This document shows positions 10,107 to 20,845 of a DNA stretch of 64,000 nucleotides, one piece after another (position 1 is the stretch's first letter; each line of letters opens with the position of its first letter). The notes beneath the pieces are model-generated. The model saw only the letters and a list, made by a program, of their open reading frames with translations. It was not told where the DNA came from and searched no databases. The DNA is from an uncultured Poribacteria bacterium (GTDB taxonomy: Bacteria; Poribacteria; WGA-4E; WGA-3G), in NCBI GenBank assembly GCA_958296135.2, contig CATQHZ020000001.1, positions 1,536,001 to 1,600,000 on the forward strand, read 5' to 3'. A program made the translations under genes and the position numbers.

Positions 10107-11135
10107 TCACTGCCACCGTTTTAACTTCTCATGCAGTTTTGGGCTATCCACCACGGCGGAATTCACAATCCAAGATGGCAGCTGTCCGGCGGCGACGCGC
10201 GCGATGCTATCACACGCGCTCTGACTGATGCGTTGGAAACACTCATCTGTCCAGCAGATACTATGCGGCGTGACAATAACGTTGTCCAATTCCAAGAGCG
10301 GGTCGGCGGCATCAATGGGCTCTTTCTCAAAGACATCGAGCCCTGCGCCTTGGATGCGCCGATGGCGCAGTGCGTCGGTGAGTGCCGCTTGGTTAACAAT
10401 GGGCCCTCGTGCCGTGTTAATCAGGTACGCGGTAGGTTTCATCAGCCCGATGCGGCGTTCATCAATGAGTCCGCGCGTCCGGTCATTCAACGGACAACAA
10501 ACACACACGAAATCGGCGGTTTGCATTAACGTATCTAGTCCGACGAGTTCAACGTTAAGTGCAGCTGCATCAGCGGGTGAAACGTAAGGGTCGAAGGCGG
10601 TGTGCCGCATGCCGAAGGGTTGCGCGAGCCGGAACACCTCCGCGCCGATATTGCCCATGCCTACAAGTCCAAGCGTGCGTCCGACGAGGCCCATGCCCAT
10701 GTAATCCTGCTTATGTGCCCATCCGTCGCCGCGAGTGAGCCGGTCTTTTATGAGAAGTTGATGGCTGAGCGCGAGAACAAACGTGATGATGGAGGTAGCA
10801 ACCGGGCGGCGCACGCCATCGGGAGCAATTGTCAGCAACACGCCGTTTTCGGTGCAGGCATCAAGATCGACTTTATCGTAGCCTACGCCGAATCTCGCAA
10901 TGATTGCCAGTCTATCTGCCCCGGCAAGCGTTTCGGTAGTGACACCCGCGCCGAGTACTAAGAGGGCATCGTAGTTCCGCGCCTGCGCAGCGGTGAGAGT
11001 GGATGTCAGAGTTGGCAGATATTCCCAGTGTAATCCGGCGTTGTCAAAGGACGGGGCACCGATAGTGTCGAAATCGGAGGTGCCGTCGGGTTTCAGGAAG
11101 TCACGCGTGACTCCGATAGAAAATTTTTTGTCCAT
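10107..11135 (-). CDS. D-isomer-specific 2-hydroxyacid dehydrogenase (SerA-like)
   Basis: ARFGVGYDKVD, GLVGMGNIG, INTARG, LDVFEKEP, TPH. Confidence 0.92.
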   Translation of the reverse strand: MDKKFSIGVTRDFLKPDGTSDFDTIGAPSFDNAGLHWEYLPTLTSTLTAAQARNYDALLVLGAGVTTETLAGADRLAIIARFGVGYDKVDLDACTENGVLLTIAPDGVRRPVATSIITFVLALSHQLLIKDRLTRGDGWAHKQDYMGMGLVGRTLGLVGMGNIGAEVFRLAQPFGMRHTAFDPYVSPADAAALNVELVGLDTLMQTADFVCVCCPLNDRTRGLIDERRIGLMKPTAYLINTARGPIVNQAALTDALRHRRIQGAGLDVFEKEPIDAADPLLELDNVIVTPHSICWTDECFQRISQSACDSIARVAAGQLPSWIVNSAVVDSPKLHEKLKRWQ

Positions 11136-11223
11136 TATGTTCCAATAATTTGCAATACCAACGTAACTTCTGTAGTTCGGGCTCGCCCTACTTCGCAGGA
11201 AATCCGGAGTGCGCCTCCGGGCT

Positions 11224-12975
11224 TTATTCAGTTATGGAGACAGGCCGTAGATACTTCCACTGCAAAGGCGGCAGCAGGAGATTTTTAACGCTTCTGTTAA
11301 TGACGAGCAGCCGTTGGGCGTGCGCTATCGGCACCCAGGGCGCGTCCTGATGGAATATCGCCTGTGCCTGCTGATACAGTGCGATACGTTCCGCCTGTAT
11401 GGTGCTGGTTCTTGCTTGCTCCAACACCTCCTGCATCTCATCGCTGCGGTAGAACGAGATGTTCCACGCCGGTTTATCGGCTGCAGTTTTGCTCAGGAGC
11501 GGGAAGAAAAACGTATCCGGGTCGCCTGTATCAGCGATCCATCCCAAAAGAGCCATGTCGTGTTCGCCGTTTTGGGTTTTGTCCAGATAGGTTGCCCAGT
11601 CAAACGTAACAATCTCCGCTTCAATGCCGACGTTTCGCAAGTCGGATTGAAGGGCGACAGCTAGCATGCGGCCATCGGGAATATAGGGGCGCGGGACAGG
11701 GAGTGCCCAGAGCGTTGTCTCAAACCCATCGGGATACCCTGCCTCAGCGAGGAGTTGCTTTGCGAGTTCTGGGTTATAGGCGTAATCTTCAATTGTGTCG
11801 TCATAACTCCAGAGTGCTGGCGGAATTGGCACTTTCGCGGGAATTGCTGTGCCTTGGTAGAGCTGCGCGACGATTGCCGCCTTGTTAATGGCATGGTTTA
11901 CCGCTTGCCGCACCTTGAGGTTGTCAAACGGCGGTTTATCCATGTTCAACCCCAAATAACCGACGTTCAAGCCGGATTGCATGACGAGTTCAAGCCGTGC
12001 ATTGTTCTGAATCTGCGGCAAGTCGTCAGGGTTTGGAAATTCCATCACATGCAGGTTTCCGTTTTGGAGTTCCATGAACCTCACGGAATTATCGGGAATC
12101 GAGCGAAAAATCACTCTATCTAAAACGGGCCGGCCGTTCCAGTAGTTATCGTTCGCTTCTATCACGATTTTATCTTTCCTGTCCCACCGCACAAACTTAA
12201 AGGGCCCAGTGCCGATTGGGTTCTGCGAGAACGCCTCTCCCCATTTCTGTGCGGCCGTGGGACTGACAATCGAAAACGGCGTTGATGCAATGTCGTAGAT
12301 AAATGGCGCGTGCAGCCGATGGAGACGGAACTCAACGGTGAACTCATCCGGCGCGGTAATCCTGTCCACGATGTCACTTAAGCCGGTGCTTTCCCATTGG
12401 TAATAGATGCCGCCGACGTTGTGGTACGGGTGCGTCGGTTCGTGCTGGCGGTTAAACGAAAAGAGGACAGCCTCGGCGTTGAAAGGCGTTCCATCGTGAA
12501 ACGTGACACCCCGCCGGAGGTGGAATGTCCACGTGAGTCCGTCTGCGGAATTTTCCCACGATTCGGCGAGGGCTGGTTCAAGTTCAGTTGTCCCGGCACT
12601 GTATTGCACGAGGGTATCGTAGATGTTGTCGCAGACTTTGATGGATTCGCCTTCGATTAGGTGGCCCGGGTCCAGTCCAATGGAATCGCTGCCGCGCCCG
12701 AAAATCAGGGTGCCGCCGGTGCTGATGCTCACTGTCTCGCCAAAGTGTAGGGAGACGAGCTGCATGTCCCGGATATCCACGGTGCCGTCGCCGTTGGCAT
12801 CGGGATTCGGTTGCTGCGTCGGCGGGACATTCTGGCCGAGGTGTGAGGCAACAAGTGTCAAATCGAGAATATTGACAACGCCATCGGCGTTCACGTCGGG
12901 ACCAGCTGCGTGCCCCAGCGTCAAAAACAGAAGGCACAATCCGAGTGTTAAGATAGAAAAGATTGTGTTTTTCAT
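11224..12975 (-). CDS. Family-5 (DppA-like) ABC substrate-binding protein with N-terminal dockerin
   Basis: Signal peptide, DVNADGVVNILDL and DANGDGTVDIRDM, then SBP_bac_5 motifs (FHLRRGVTFHDG, PIGTGPFKF, VPRPY). Confidence 0.88.
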   Translation of the reverse strand: MKNTIFSILTLGLCLLFLTLGHAAGPDVNADGVVNILDLTLVASHLGQNVPPTQQPNPDANGDGTVDIRDMQLVSLHFGETVSISTGGTLIFGRGSDSIGLDPGHLIEGESIKVCDNIYDTLVQYSAGTTELEPALAESWENSADGLTWTFHLRRGVTFHDGTPFNAEAVLFSFNRQHEPTHPYHNVGGIYYQWESTGLSDIVDRITAPDEFTVEFRLHRLHAPFIYDIASTPFSIVSPTAAQKWGEAFSQNPIGTGPFKFVRWDRKDKIVIEANDNYWNGRPVLDRVIFRSIPDNSVRFMELQNGNLHVMEFPNPDDLPQIQNNARLELVMQSGLNVGYLGLNMDKPPFDNLKVRQAVNHAINKAAIVAQLYQGTAIPAKVPIPPALWSYDDTIEDYAYNPELAKQLLAEAGYPDGFETTLWALPVPRPYIPDGRMLAVALQSDLRNVGIEAEIVTFDWATYLDKTQNGEHDMALLGWIADTGDPDTFFFPLLSKTAADKPAWNISFYRSDEMQEVLEQARTSTIQAERIALYQQAQAIFHQDAPWVPIAHAQRLLVINRSVKNLLLPPLQWKYLRPVSITE

Positions 12976-13043
12976 AAAGTTTCTCCAATTCAAATAGGGA
13001 GCGCGGTTACAAACCGCGTCTATCGGGTGCGTCTCGCCAAAAG

Positions 13044-14609
13044 TCATTTTTCCAGCGAGACGTGTCGGAGGTATTTCCACGTTAACGGATGCAGTTTGAG
13101 ATTCTTAACCTTGTTGTTAACCACCAAGATCTGCTGCGCGTGCGCGATTGGCACCCAAGGTACATCCCGATGGAATATCTGCTGCGCCTGTTGATACAGC
13201 GCGACACGCTCTTCACGATTCGTGGTGGCTCGCGCTTTGTCAAGCACCTCCTGCATTTCATCGCTGCGGTAAAACGCGATATTCCCCGCCGGTTTTTTGG
13301 TGGCAGTTTTGCTCAGGAGATAGTAAAGAAAATTATCCGGGTCACCGAAGTCAGCGAACCATCCTAAAAGAGCCATGTCGTGCTCGCCATGCTTGGTTTT
13401 TTCGAGATACGTCCCCCAGTCAAACGTGACAATCTTTGCCGTAATGCCAATCTGCCGCAGGTCGGACTGTAACACTTCGGCGAGGGCGCGGCCGTCGGGG
13501 ATATAGGGACGCGGGACAGGCAGTGCCCACAGCGTTGTCTCAAAGCCATCCGGATACCCTGCCTCGGCGAGAAGCCGTTTCGCTTTTTCCGGATTGTAGT
13601 CATAATCTTCAATCGTGTCGTCATAACTCCAGAGCGTCGGCGGAATCGGGTTTTTCGCAGGGATGCCGGTGCCTTGATACAGATGCTCGACAATCGCCGC
13701 CTTGTTAATGGCATGGTTCATCGCGAGCCGCACCTTGAGGTTGTCAAGAGGCGGTTTATCCATGTTCATCGCCAGATAGCCGACACTCATGCCGGGTTGC
13801 GCGATGAGCTCAAGCGTATCATCATCTTGAATCTGCACCAGATCATCGGGGTTCGGGAACTGCATCGCGTGGAGACTACCGTTCTGAAGTTTGATAAACC
13901 GCACGGCGTTATCGGGGATCGCGCGGAAAATGAGTCTATCCAACTGCGGCCGCCCATTCCAATATGCCTCGTTGGCGGTAAGCACGATTTTATCGTTCCT
14001 ATCCCACTGCACAAATTTGAACGGCCCGGTGCCGACAGGATGGTTGGTAAAATCATCTCCCCATTTCTCCGCAGCTGTTGGACTGACGATGGCAAAGGCT
14101 GTCATCGCCATCGTATAGATGAACGGTGCGTAGGGCCTTTTGATGCGAATTGCCACCGTGAATTCATCAGGCGCGGTGATTTTATCCACCAGAGATGCCA
14201 AACCGGTATCTATCCAATAGCCGTATGCACCGCCGACATTATGATACGGATGCGTTGCCTCGTGCTGGCGGTTGAGTGAAAAGAGGACGGCCGCCGCGTT
14301 GAAAGGCGTTCCATCATGGAACATCACGCCTCGGCGAAGGTGAAACGTCCAAGTTAGCCCGTCCTCGGAACTTTCCCACGATTCAGCAAGACCCGGCTCA
14401 AGTTCGGTATTTTCTGCTTTGTATTGCACGAGCGTATCGTAAATATTGTCACAGACTTTGAAGGATTCACCGTCCATTTCGTGTCCCGGGTCCAGCCCGA
14501 CGGAATCGCCGCCGCGCCCGAAAATCAGGGTGCCGCCGCTCGCACTAGCATGCATCGGAAGCCATGCCAACGCCACGAGAATGGCGATGAAGAGTGTCTT
14601 GTTTCTCAT
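13044..14609 (-). CDS. dppA: Family-5 dipeptide ABC substrate-binding protein
   Basis: Signal peptide, FHLRRGVMFHDG, PVGTGPFKF, VPRPYIPD; close paralog of 11224-12975. Confidence 0.88.
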   Translation of the reverse strand: MRNKTLFIAILVALAWLPMHASASGGTLIFGRGGDSVGLDPGHEMDGESFKVCDNIYDTLVQYKAENTELEPGLAESWESSEDGLTWTFHLRRGVMFHDGTPFNAAAVLFSLNRQHEATHPYHNVGGAYGYWIDTGLASLVDKITAPDEFTVAIRIKRPYAPFIYTMAMTAFAIVSPTAAEKWGDDFTNHPVGTGPFKFVQWDRNDKIVLTANEAYWNGRPQLDRLIFRAIPDNAVRFIKLQNGSLHAMQFPNPDDLVQIQDDDTLELIAQPGMSVGYLAMNMDKPPLDNLKVRLAMNHAINKAAIVEHLYQGTGIPAKNPIPPTLWSYDDTIEDYDYNPEKAKRLLAEAGYPDGFETTLWALPVPRPYIPDGRALAEVLQSDLRQIGITAKIVTFDWGTYLEKTKHGEHDMALLGWFADFGDPDNFLYYLLSKTATKKPAGNIAFYRSDEMQEVLDKARATTNREERVALYQQAQQIFHRDVPWVPIAHAQQILVVNNKVKNLKLHPLTWKYLRHVSLEK

Positions 14610-14919
14610 AAAATTTCTCCTATCTACCATGTTTATTACATAATACACGCATTTCAAGGTAAATGTCAAGGAAAATATAGCGTGTATCTTTTTGAGGGAT
14701 AATTCGTTTTATCTATTAGTTTCTTATTCGCGCAGAAGCACAGACTGTTAGGCCCGCTTTGGCATTGAAAACGGCTCAGGTATGCAAGTTTTGACAGCGT
14801 CAAACCGACCTGGGCAGAGATGACTCATACCAAATTAGTTCGCAGGAAACCCGGACTACATAAGTTAATTTGGTATCATCACCTAGAGACGCACGCCGAA
14901 CGCATTGCGAAATACAAAA

Positions 14920-16941
14920 ATGTCGTCCTTTGAGCAACACATCCAGAATTTAACAGATTCAACGCAACCGAGTGGTGCGCGCCGGACAGCCGTTGCGACT
15001 CTCGCCGCGCAAGGCGACGCGAGGGCGGTGCCGTATCTCCTTGATGCACTTGCAGACACAGATTCAATGGTGCGGCGTGAGGCAACCAAGGCACTCCAGC
15101 ACCTGAATGCAACTGCCGCCACCGAGCCGATCCTTCGCGCGTTAGAAACGGAGCCGAACGACTTAACGGTTTGGGCGATGCTGGAGGCAATCGGCGAACT
15201 TGGCACCCCCAGGGTGCTACCCACGTTGCAGGCGTTCCAAAACGTTACCTCACTGCTCACGCGGATGGAAGCGACGAAGAGCGTCGCCCGAATTGAAGCG
15301 CGTTTTCCGGATGGAGAACCCGCGCCTCAAGAGCAAAACACGGCGGAGATAGAGCCCCCCGAAGAAGAGGATACCTCCGAGTCCGAGTATATTGAGACGG
15401 TATTCTCTCCCAATGGCGACACCGAAGTGCCTCAATCTGAAGAGCACGCCTATCGTTCAGAACCGCCTGAGCCGTCGAAACCTTTGCCCCCTGAAGACCG
15501 GTTCGACAACTCAGCGACAACAGTTCTGCCGATTTTAGAAGCCGCCGCCCCAGGTCCCAAGCAAACGGCGGAGGCACCGCCCGCGCAAGAAACCGAATCC
15601 ATCGAAGAGTTCTCTGTAGGATTGGACGAAGAAGCGGTGCCGCGGGACGTTGAAATTGTCCCCGAAGATAACAACGAGGAACTGGACGAAATCGCGGTGG
15701 AAGAGCCGGTGCCGCGGGATGCTGAGATTATCGAAGAGGACGCTTCCGCTTACGAAGGACTGGATGAGGTTGCGCTGGAAGAGCCAGGTGAAATCACTCC
15801 GAGTGAACTAGAAGAATCGGCAGCATTAGAAGAACTCTCCCTATCCATCTCACAGTCGTCACGTTTAGTCGGACAGCCCGTTATCCTACCCGTGTTAGCA
15901 CCGAGCGCGCCCGCGGTATGGCATAGTCCGATGGGGTATGGTGCGCCGCCGGAACCGCCGCGTCCAAATGTCTTCGCGCTCTTGCTGCGTCCGAGCACTT
16001 ATCTTTCTAAACGTTGGGTGTCCCGCACGCGCGTCTATCTGATGTTGTGGTTCACCCTTATTGCGGCGACACTCGGTTTTATCCGATTTCAAGGCAGGAG
16101 TGGCTCGGAGCTCAGTCCGCTCTCTCGGATGGGAATTTCTGTTGTTGAGGCACCGGAGCAGGTGAGGCGTTGCCTCGCCGAGGGCGATTTTTATATCCAG
16201 GAAGGCTATTATCGGCAAGCGATTAGTTCGTATGAACTCGGCCGTCGCCTCGGTCCGATTCCGATTCAGTTTTATAAGAAACTCGGTTTTGCCTACCTCA
16301 AGGAGAACCAATATGCTCTGGCAGTTGATGCGTATGAGTTCTTCGTCGCTGCGCAGCCGCCTGAACCCCGCAACCCGTTCATTGCAGAGGCATCGGTGCA
16401 AGAACCGTGGCAGCCGGATTACAAAACTTACAACGCGCTCGGCACAGCCTATCTGAAGTTGGGCCGCATGGCGGATGCACAGCGCGCTTTCGCGCAAGCG
16501 GTTCTGCTGACACCCAACGATGGACAGGCGTACAACAACCTCGCTTGGCTGTATGCGGATTTTTCGCAGGTTTCCGTGCGCGCCGTTTCTGCTGCCGCGA
16601 CACGTTCCCTGCATGCCTCACACGAGGTTTCTGATACCGCGCGCCGGTACTGCCAGAAACTGCGGTTCGCCGAGGCGTTGGCGCGTCAAGCGGTTACCCA
16701 CAACCCCGATGTCGCGGCGTATCATGCAACACTCGGTTGGATCTTGGCAAAACGCGGGCATACGCAGCGGGCGATAAACACACTATCGCGCGCCATTCGT
16801 CTGCAGAGTGACCAGGTTGACGCGCACTATCACCTCGCCCTGGTCGCCTTGAAGGCAAACGAACGTGAGAAGGCTCTCAAAGCGATTCGGAATGTGCTGA
16901 AGTTAGACCCGGGTTTCGTGCATCTCAATTTCCGTGCGTAG
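14920..16941 (+). CDS. HEAT-repeat / acidic linker / TM / TPR membrane protein
   Basis: N-terminal PBS-HEAT repeats (VRREATKAL), E/P-rich linker, one TM (VYLMLWFTLIAATLGF), TPRs (YNALGTAY, YNNLAWLY). Confidence 0.8.
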   Translation: MSSFEQHIQNLTDSTQPSGARRTAVATLAAQGDARAVPYLLDALADTDSMVRREATKALQHLNATAATEPILRALETEPNDLTVWAMLEAIGELGTPRVLPTLQAFQNVTSLLTRMEATKSVARIEARFPDGEPAPQEQNTAEIEPPEEEDTSESEYIETVFSPNGDTEVPQSEEHAYRSEPPEPSKPLPPEDRFDNSATTVLPILEAAAPGPKQTAEAPPAQETESIEEFSVGLDEEAVPRDVEIVPEDNNEELDEIAVEEPVPRDAEIIEEDASAYEGLDEVALEEPGEITPSELEESAALEELSLSISQSSRLVGQPVILPVLAPSAPAVWHSPMGYGAPPEPPRPNVFALLLRPSTYLSKRWVSRTRVYLMLWFTLIAATLGFIRFQGRSGSELSPLSRMGISVVEAPEQVRRCLAEGDFYIQEGYYRQAISSYELGRRLGPIPIQFYKKLGFAYLKENQYALAVDAYEFFVAAQPPEPRNPFIAEASVQEPWQPDYKTYNALGTAYLKLGRMADAQRAFAQAVLLTPNDGQAYNNLAWLYADFSQVSVRAVSAAATRSLHASHEVSDTARRYCQKLRFAEALARQAVTHNPDVAAYHATLGWILAKRGHTQRAINTLSRAIRLQSDQVDAHYHLALVALKANEREKALKAIRNVLKLDPGFVHLNFRA

Positions 16942-16951
16942 GCGCGGAAAA

Positions 16952-19900
16952 TTAGCGGACGATAGACACCTTGCCCATGCGTTGCTCCGTATCTGTCTCA
17001 AGCCGGTAGATATAAACGCCGCTGCTAATTCCCGCCGCGTGCCAAACTTTTTTGCCCGCGTCGAACGCTGTCGTAGCGAGGAAGGCGACGCGGTTGCCGT
17101 TGACATCATAGATGCCGATGCGGGTTGCTTCAGGTAGGTTAACAAACGTGACCTGGTTACACCGGGTAGGATTGGGGTAGACAATCGCGTCGGCGAGTGT
17201 CGGAGCGGCGATGACTACGGTTAACGTCCTCGCATCATCGGCGATGTAAGTGCCATGGATGTCAGAAATCTGGAAGGTTTCAATCTGATAACGGCCGCCT
17301 GCCTGAAAAGTGCCGGGAGGGAATGTTAGCACAACTCGCTGTTGCGTCCGGTCGAGAATGGCAGATTGCGGCGCGTAAGCAACGGTAGCATCCAGATTCT
17401 GCAGTTGATATCGTCCTGGATGCGTCGCGGATGTCCCCATCTGTTTGTCAAACTGCAACAGCAGTTGATTCGGTGGGGAATAGACAGCGGAAGTCAATTT
17501 CAGCGGCACAGTCTGCACAGCAGATACCGATTCTGTTTGCGCTGCCGACTTTCCATTCCGCTCAAAAACGGACAACACGCCATTACTGTTGAACAGCAAT
17601 TCATTCATGCCATCGCTGTCAACGTCAGCGACAATCGGATTAGCAGTGCTACTCGCCGGATAGTGCCAGACCGGGACGTAATCAGTTCCATCATATTGGA
17701 CGAGGTAGAAATTCGGCCACACGGCGATGCACAATTCATTTTTTCCATCGTTGTCTGCATCTGCAATGTTTAGTCCGTTGCCGCCGTTCCGTGCGTTTTG
17801 AATACGTTGGCTCCACACTGCGCGGTAGGTGTTACCGCCTGTTGTCTGTAAGGGCGGATTTCTATCTCCGTCCGTATGCGAGAAAATCGTGATGAGCCAG
17901 TGGTAACGCTCGGGGTCAGAATCGTCTGTCCATACCTTCGCGCCGACAGCGAATTCCGAACGTCCATCGCCATCCAAATCGCCAGCGGCAAAGAGTTGCG
18001 GGCGGCCCTCCGGGAGAGTGCCTCGCCATACTTGTTCATACCGGTTATTCCCGATTGCTTCGTAAGCAAAGAGTTCTCCATCCGTGTCGCCTGCGAGAAT
18101 CTCCATGCGTCCGTCCCCATCAAAATCGCCGGTTGCGAAGCTGGTGCCCATGTTATTTTCGCCTTCTGTCGGGTTTACAAGTGCTGCGATGTTGCGATAA
18201 CTGTTATCTCCGATGGCTTCATAGACAGCAATGGAAGCTGTCGTAGAATCGCGAGAGTAGATTTCGGGGATGCCATCGCTGTCCAGATCTGCAATTGTTC
18301 CACCCCACAGTTGCGGTGCGTCCCAGGTGCGCACCGCTGGAAATTCACCTTCGGCGGGTTGCTCTAGCAAAAACGTTCCAGTTAAGGCGTGTCCTAAAAT
18401 CTCAACGAGCCCGTCTCCATCAGTGTCTGCAGAGTCCCAAGGGCGCATGGGTTCTGATAAGGTGAAGACTTTCCGGTAGGTTCCGTCGGCATCAGCCTCA
18501 AAGATGTGCGGGGAGCTCCAACCTCTCGCTTCTGTCTCCACAGCGATAAGTTCTCTCTTGCCGTTGGCGTTCATATCCGCGGCGGCGACAATCGCGTGCA
18601 AACCGTGCTCCGCCGATGCCGCTTGTGCGAGATGCGAAGTCGGAATACGCGCATCAAGTACCTCAATGGGATATAGATTTCCCGCGTTGTCATCAATTGT
18701 TTGGAGTCCAGAACGATTTTTCGCTACCAGACGATAGGCGTATGACACGGGTGGCAAGCCTAATTCAGAGAGGTAGAGGAGATGACGGTGGTTTATGGAA
18801 GCGGTGCGCGCGCGTCGCGAGCGAGGGACAAGCCCGCGCACTACGGTATTTTTATTATCCGGGAAAATCTCCACTTCTCCGATAGTCAGCGCATCCGTTT
18901 GCCACGTGATGACAGACTCAATCCTATCGCCTGCAAACCATGCCCCTGCATCATGTTTGGAAATAGTGGGTGCTGTGTGGCTCACCTCCACGACGATTTT
19001 TTCAGTGACAGTTCTTCGGGTTTCAGAAGGCGCGCGTTGGCGGTTATAGCGTTTCAATTTCGGGTTTTCACTGCCCGGTCTTCTCTCTGCAGGGATAACG
19101 CGCAAACGCAACGTGTAGGTGCCTTCTGCTAAGCCGGAGACATCCCATTCGTGCAGGAGCGCGTTAAACTTCGGTTCGGTTTGCGGGGGGAGAATGGGGC
19201 CCCATACCTCCGGCGTTTCGCCGCGTCCGAAGTCTAGCCGATATTCGGCGAAGCCGTTTCCGCCGGCACTACCGTAGATTTCTACGATAGGCATTCGATA
19301 GGTGACAGTGAGCTGCGCGATGAGGCCCGTGGCGGCGGTAAGCGCGAGGTGTGCATCCGGCAAACCTGCACCGACGAGGCCCCCCTGCGGATAAAGTGAG
19401 CTCGCAGTGAGCATCTGCCGAATCTCGGTGTTGCTGCACGTTGGATTGGCAGCGAGCATCAACGCCGCCACGCCGGAGATGTGCGCCGCCGCCATGGAAG
19501 TTCCCGATTTTGTGCTATAGTTTTCCGCTAATTCAGTGCTGAGGATGCTGTCCCCAGGCGCGGCAATGTCGACGGTGGCACCGAAGTTAGAATCTCCTGC
19601 CAACCGGCCGTTTTCCTGCAACCAAGCGACAGAGATGACATTTTCAAGCGCGGCGGGATACCACGGTTCGGCGGTTCCAGAGTTGCCTGCGGCTGCAATG
19701 AGCACACACCCGCGCTGATAGGCGTATGCCACGGCATCCTGCACAATGAAAACCTTGGCCGGGTCGCCCAAGCTCAGGTTAATGATGTGCGCGCCGTTAT
19801 CTGCGGCGTAGACGATGGCGGCGGCGACATCGTCACTCTGCAGAAACGCACCCGCATCCGAAATAAACCCGGCTCTGAGCGGCATCAGGCGACAGTTCCA

Positions 19901-20692
19901 TGCGATACCGGCAATGCCGATACCGTTATTCGGCTCAGCGGCGATGATGCCGGCTACATGCGTGCCGTGTCCGCTTTCGTCGTCGGGTGCGTTATCGCGT
20001 TCTGTCCAATCGCCGCGTCCCGGCATTGTCGGGGCATCGCTGAAGTCCCAGCCGTTGATGTCGTCAACGTAGCCGTTCCGGTCATCGTCAATCCCATTAC
20101 CGGCAATTTCATTGGAATTCTGCCAAAGTTGCGAACGGAGCTCTGGGTGCAGTCTGTCTATCCCGCTATCCACAACAGCGACGATGACTTCAGGCGTTCC
20201 TCGTTCAACTGTCCACGCCTTGGGGAGATTGAGAGCTCGGAGATTCCACTGCTCTTCATAACGCGGATCGGTAGGCACAACCTGTTCACCCACATCCGCG
20301 CAGAATCTGTTGAGTGTGTTAAACTGAACTGCTTCAACCCACGGATAGTTTTCGTATTGCCCGCGCAGTTGTTCCAACCGATTGTTTTGTAAGGGCGGAT
20401 GTCTATCTCCGCCCGTCCCTGCACGCTGAAATCGAATCAGATAACTGCGTCGGAGGAGCGGATGTCTTCCGGCAGGCGTGTTTGGGGAAAAAATAGGGGA
20501 GACCGAGGTTGCGCCGGCCTCGCGGAGTTTGTCCACGTCAGTAGTCTCGCGGAGCCGCACAAGCAATTCTGTCGGTGCATAATGCGCCGCTACGTCAGAA
20601 GAACTAGAACTATCAACTGTTAACTCTGTCCATCCGTTTTGTGAAAAAAGAAAAATGAAGATTATTAAGAGCGTTACGCGAGTTTTTTTCAT
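16952..20692 (-). CDS. Secreted S8 subtilisin-like protease with FG-GAP/VCBS repeats and C-terminal YPNP Ig-like sorting domain
   Basis: VAVVDSG, HGTHVAG, GTSMAA triad; repeated DxDGDG motifs; VYPNP...SGVYIY tail. Confidence 0.9.
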   Translation of the reverse strand: MKKTRVTLLIIFIFLFSQNGWTELTVDSSSSSDVAAHYAPTELLVRLRETTDVDKLREAGATSVSPIFSPNTPAGRHPLLRRSYLIRFQRAGTGGDRHPPLQNNRLEQLRGQYENYPWVEAVQFNTLNRFCADVGEQVVPTDPRYEEQWNLRALNLPKAWTVERGTPEVIVAVVDSGIDRLHPELRSQLWQNSNEIAGNGIDDDRNGYVDDINGWDFSDAPTMPGRGDWTERDNAPDDESGHGTHVAGIIAAEPNNGIGIAGIAWNCRLMPLRAGFISDAGAFLQSDDVAAAIVYAADNGAHIINLSLGDPAKVFIVQDAVAYAYQRGCVLIAAAGNSGTAEPWYPAALENVISVAWLQENGRLAGDSNFGATVDIAAPGDSILSTELAENYSTKSGTSMAAAHISGVAALMLAANPTCSNTEIRQMLTASSLYPQGGLVGAGLPDAHLALTAATGLIAQLTVTYRMPIVEIYGSAGGNGFAEYRLDFGRGETPEVWGPILPPQTEPKFNALLHEWDVSGLAEGTYTLRLRVIPAERRPGSENPKLKRYNRQRAPSETRRTVTEKIVVEVSHTAPTISKHDAGAWFAGDRIESVITWQTDALTIGEVEIFPDNKNTVVRGLVPRSRRARTASINHRHLLYLSELGLPPVSYAYRLVAKNRSGLQTIDDNAGNLYPIEVLDARIPTSHLAQAASAEHGLHAIVAAADMNANGKRELIAVETEARGWSSPHIFEADADGTYRKVFTLSEPMRPWDSADTDGDGLVEILGHALTGTFLLEQPAEGEFPAVRTWDAPQLWGGTIADLDSDGIPEIYSRDSTTASIAVYEAIGDNSYRNIAALVNPTEGENNMGTSFATGDFDGDGRMEILAGDTDGELFAYEAIGNNRYEQVWRGTLPEGRPQLFAAGDLDGDGRSEFAVGAKVWTDDSDPERYHWLITIFSHTDGDRNPPLQTTGGNTYRAVWSQRIQNARNGGNGLNIADADNDGKNELCIAVWPNFYLVQYDGTDYVPVWHYPASSTANPIVADVDSDGMNELLFNSNGVLSVFERNGKSAAQTESVSAVQTVPLKLTSAVYSPPNQLLLQFDKQMGTSATHPGRYQLQNLDATVAYAPQSAILDRTQQRVVLTFPPGTFQAGGRYQIETFQISDIHGTYIADDARTLTVVIAAPTLADAIVYPNPTRCNQVTFVNLPEATRIGIYDVNGNRVAFLATTAFDAGKKVWHAAGISSGVYIYRLETDTEQRMGKVSIVR

Positions 20693-20719
20693 GAATGCCA
20701 TGGAAATCCTAAAAAAAAG

Positions 20720-20748
20720 TTGCAATGTTAGCAGCGATCTGTTATACT
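20720..20748 (+). promoter_or_regulatory. sigma70-type promoter of acetolactate synthase gene
   Basis: TTGCAA-17nt-TATACT with TG extension. Confidence 0.55.
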
Positions 20749-20845
20749 ATTGTATCAGATACAAACCGAGAAGGCAAACTTCATTTTTTCTGGCGTGATA
20801 AACTTTAGTTAATCAAGACGAACGGAGATATTTTACGGAGCACAC

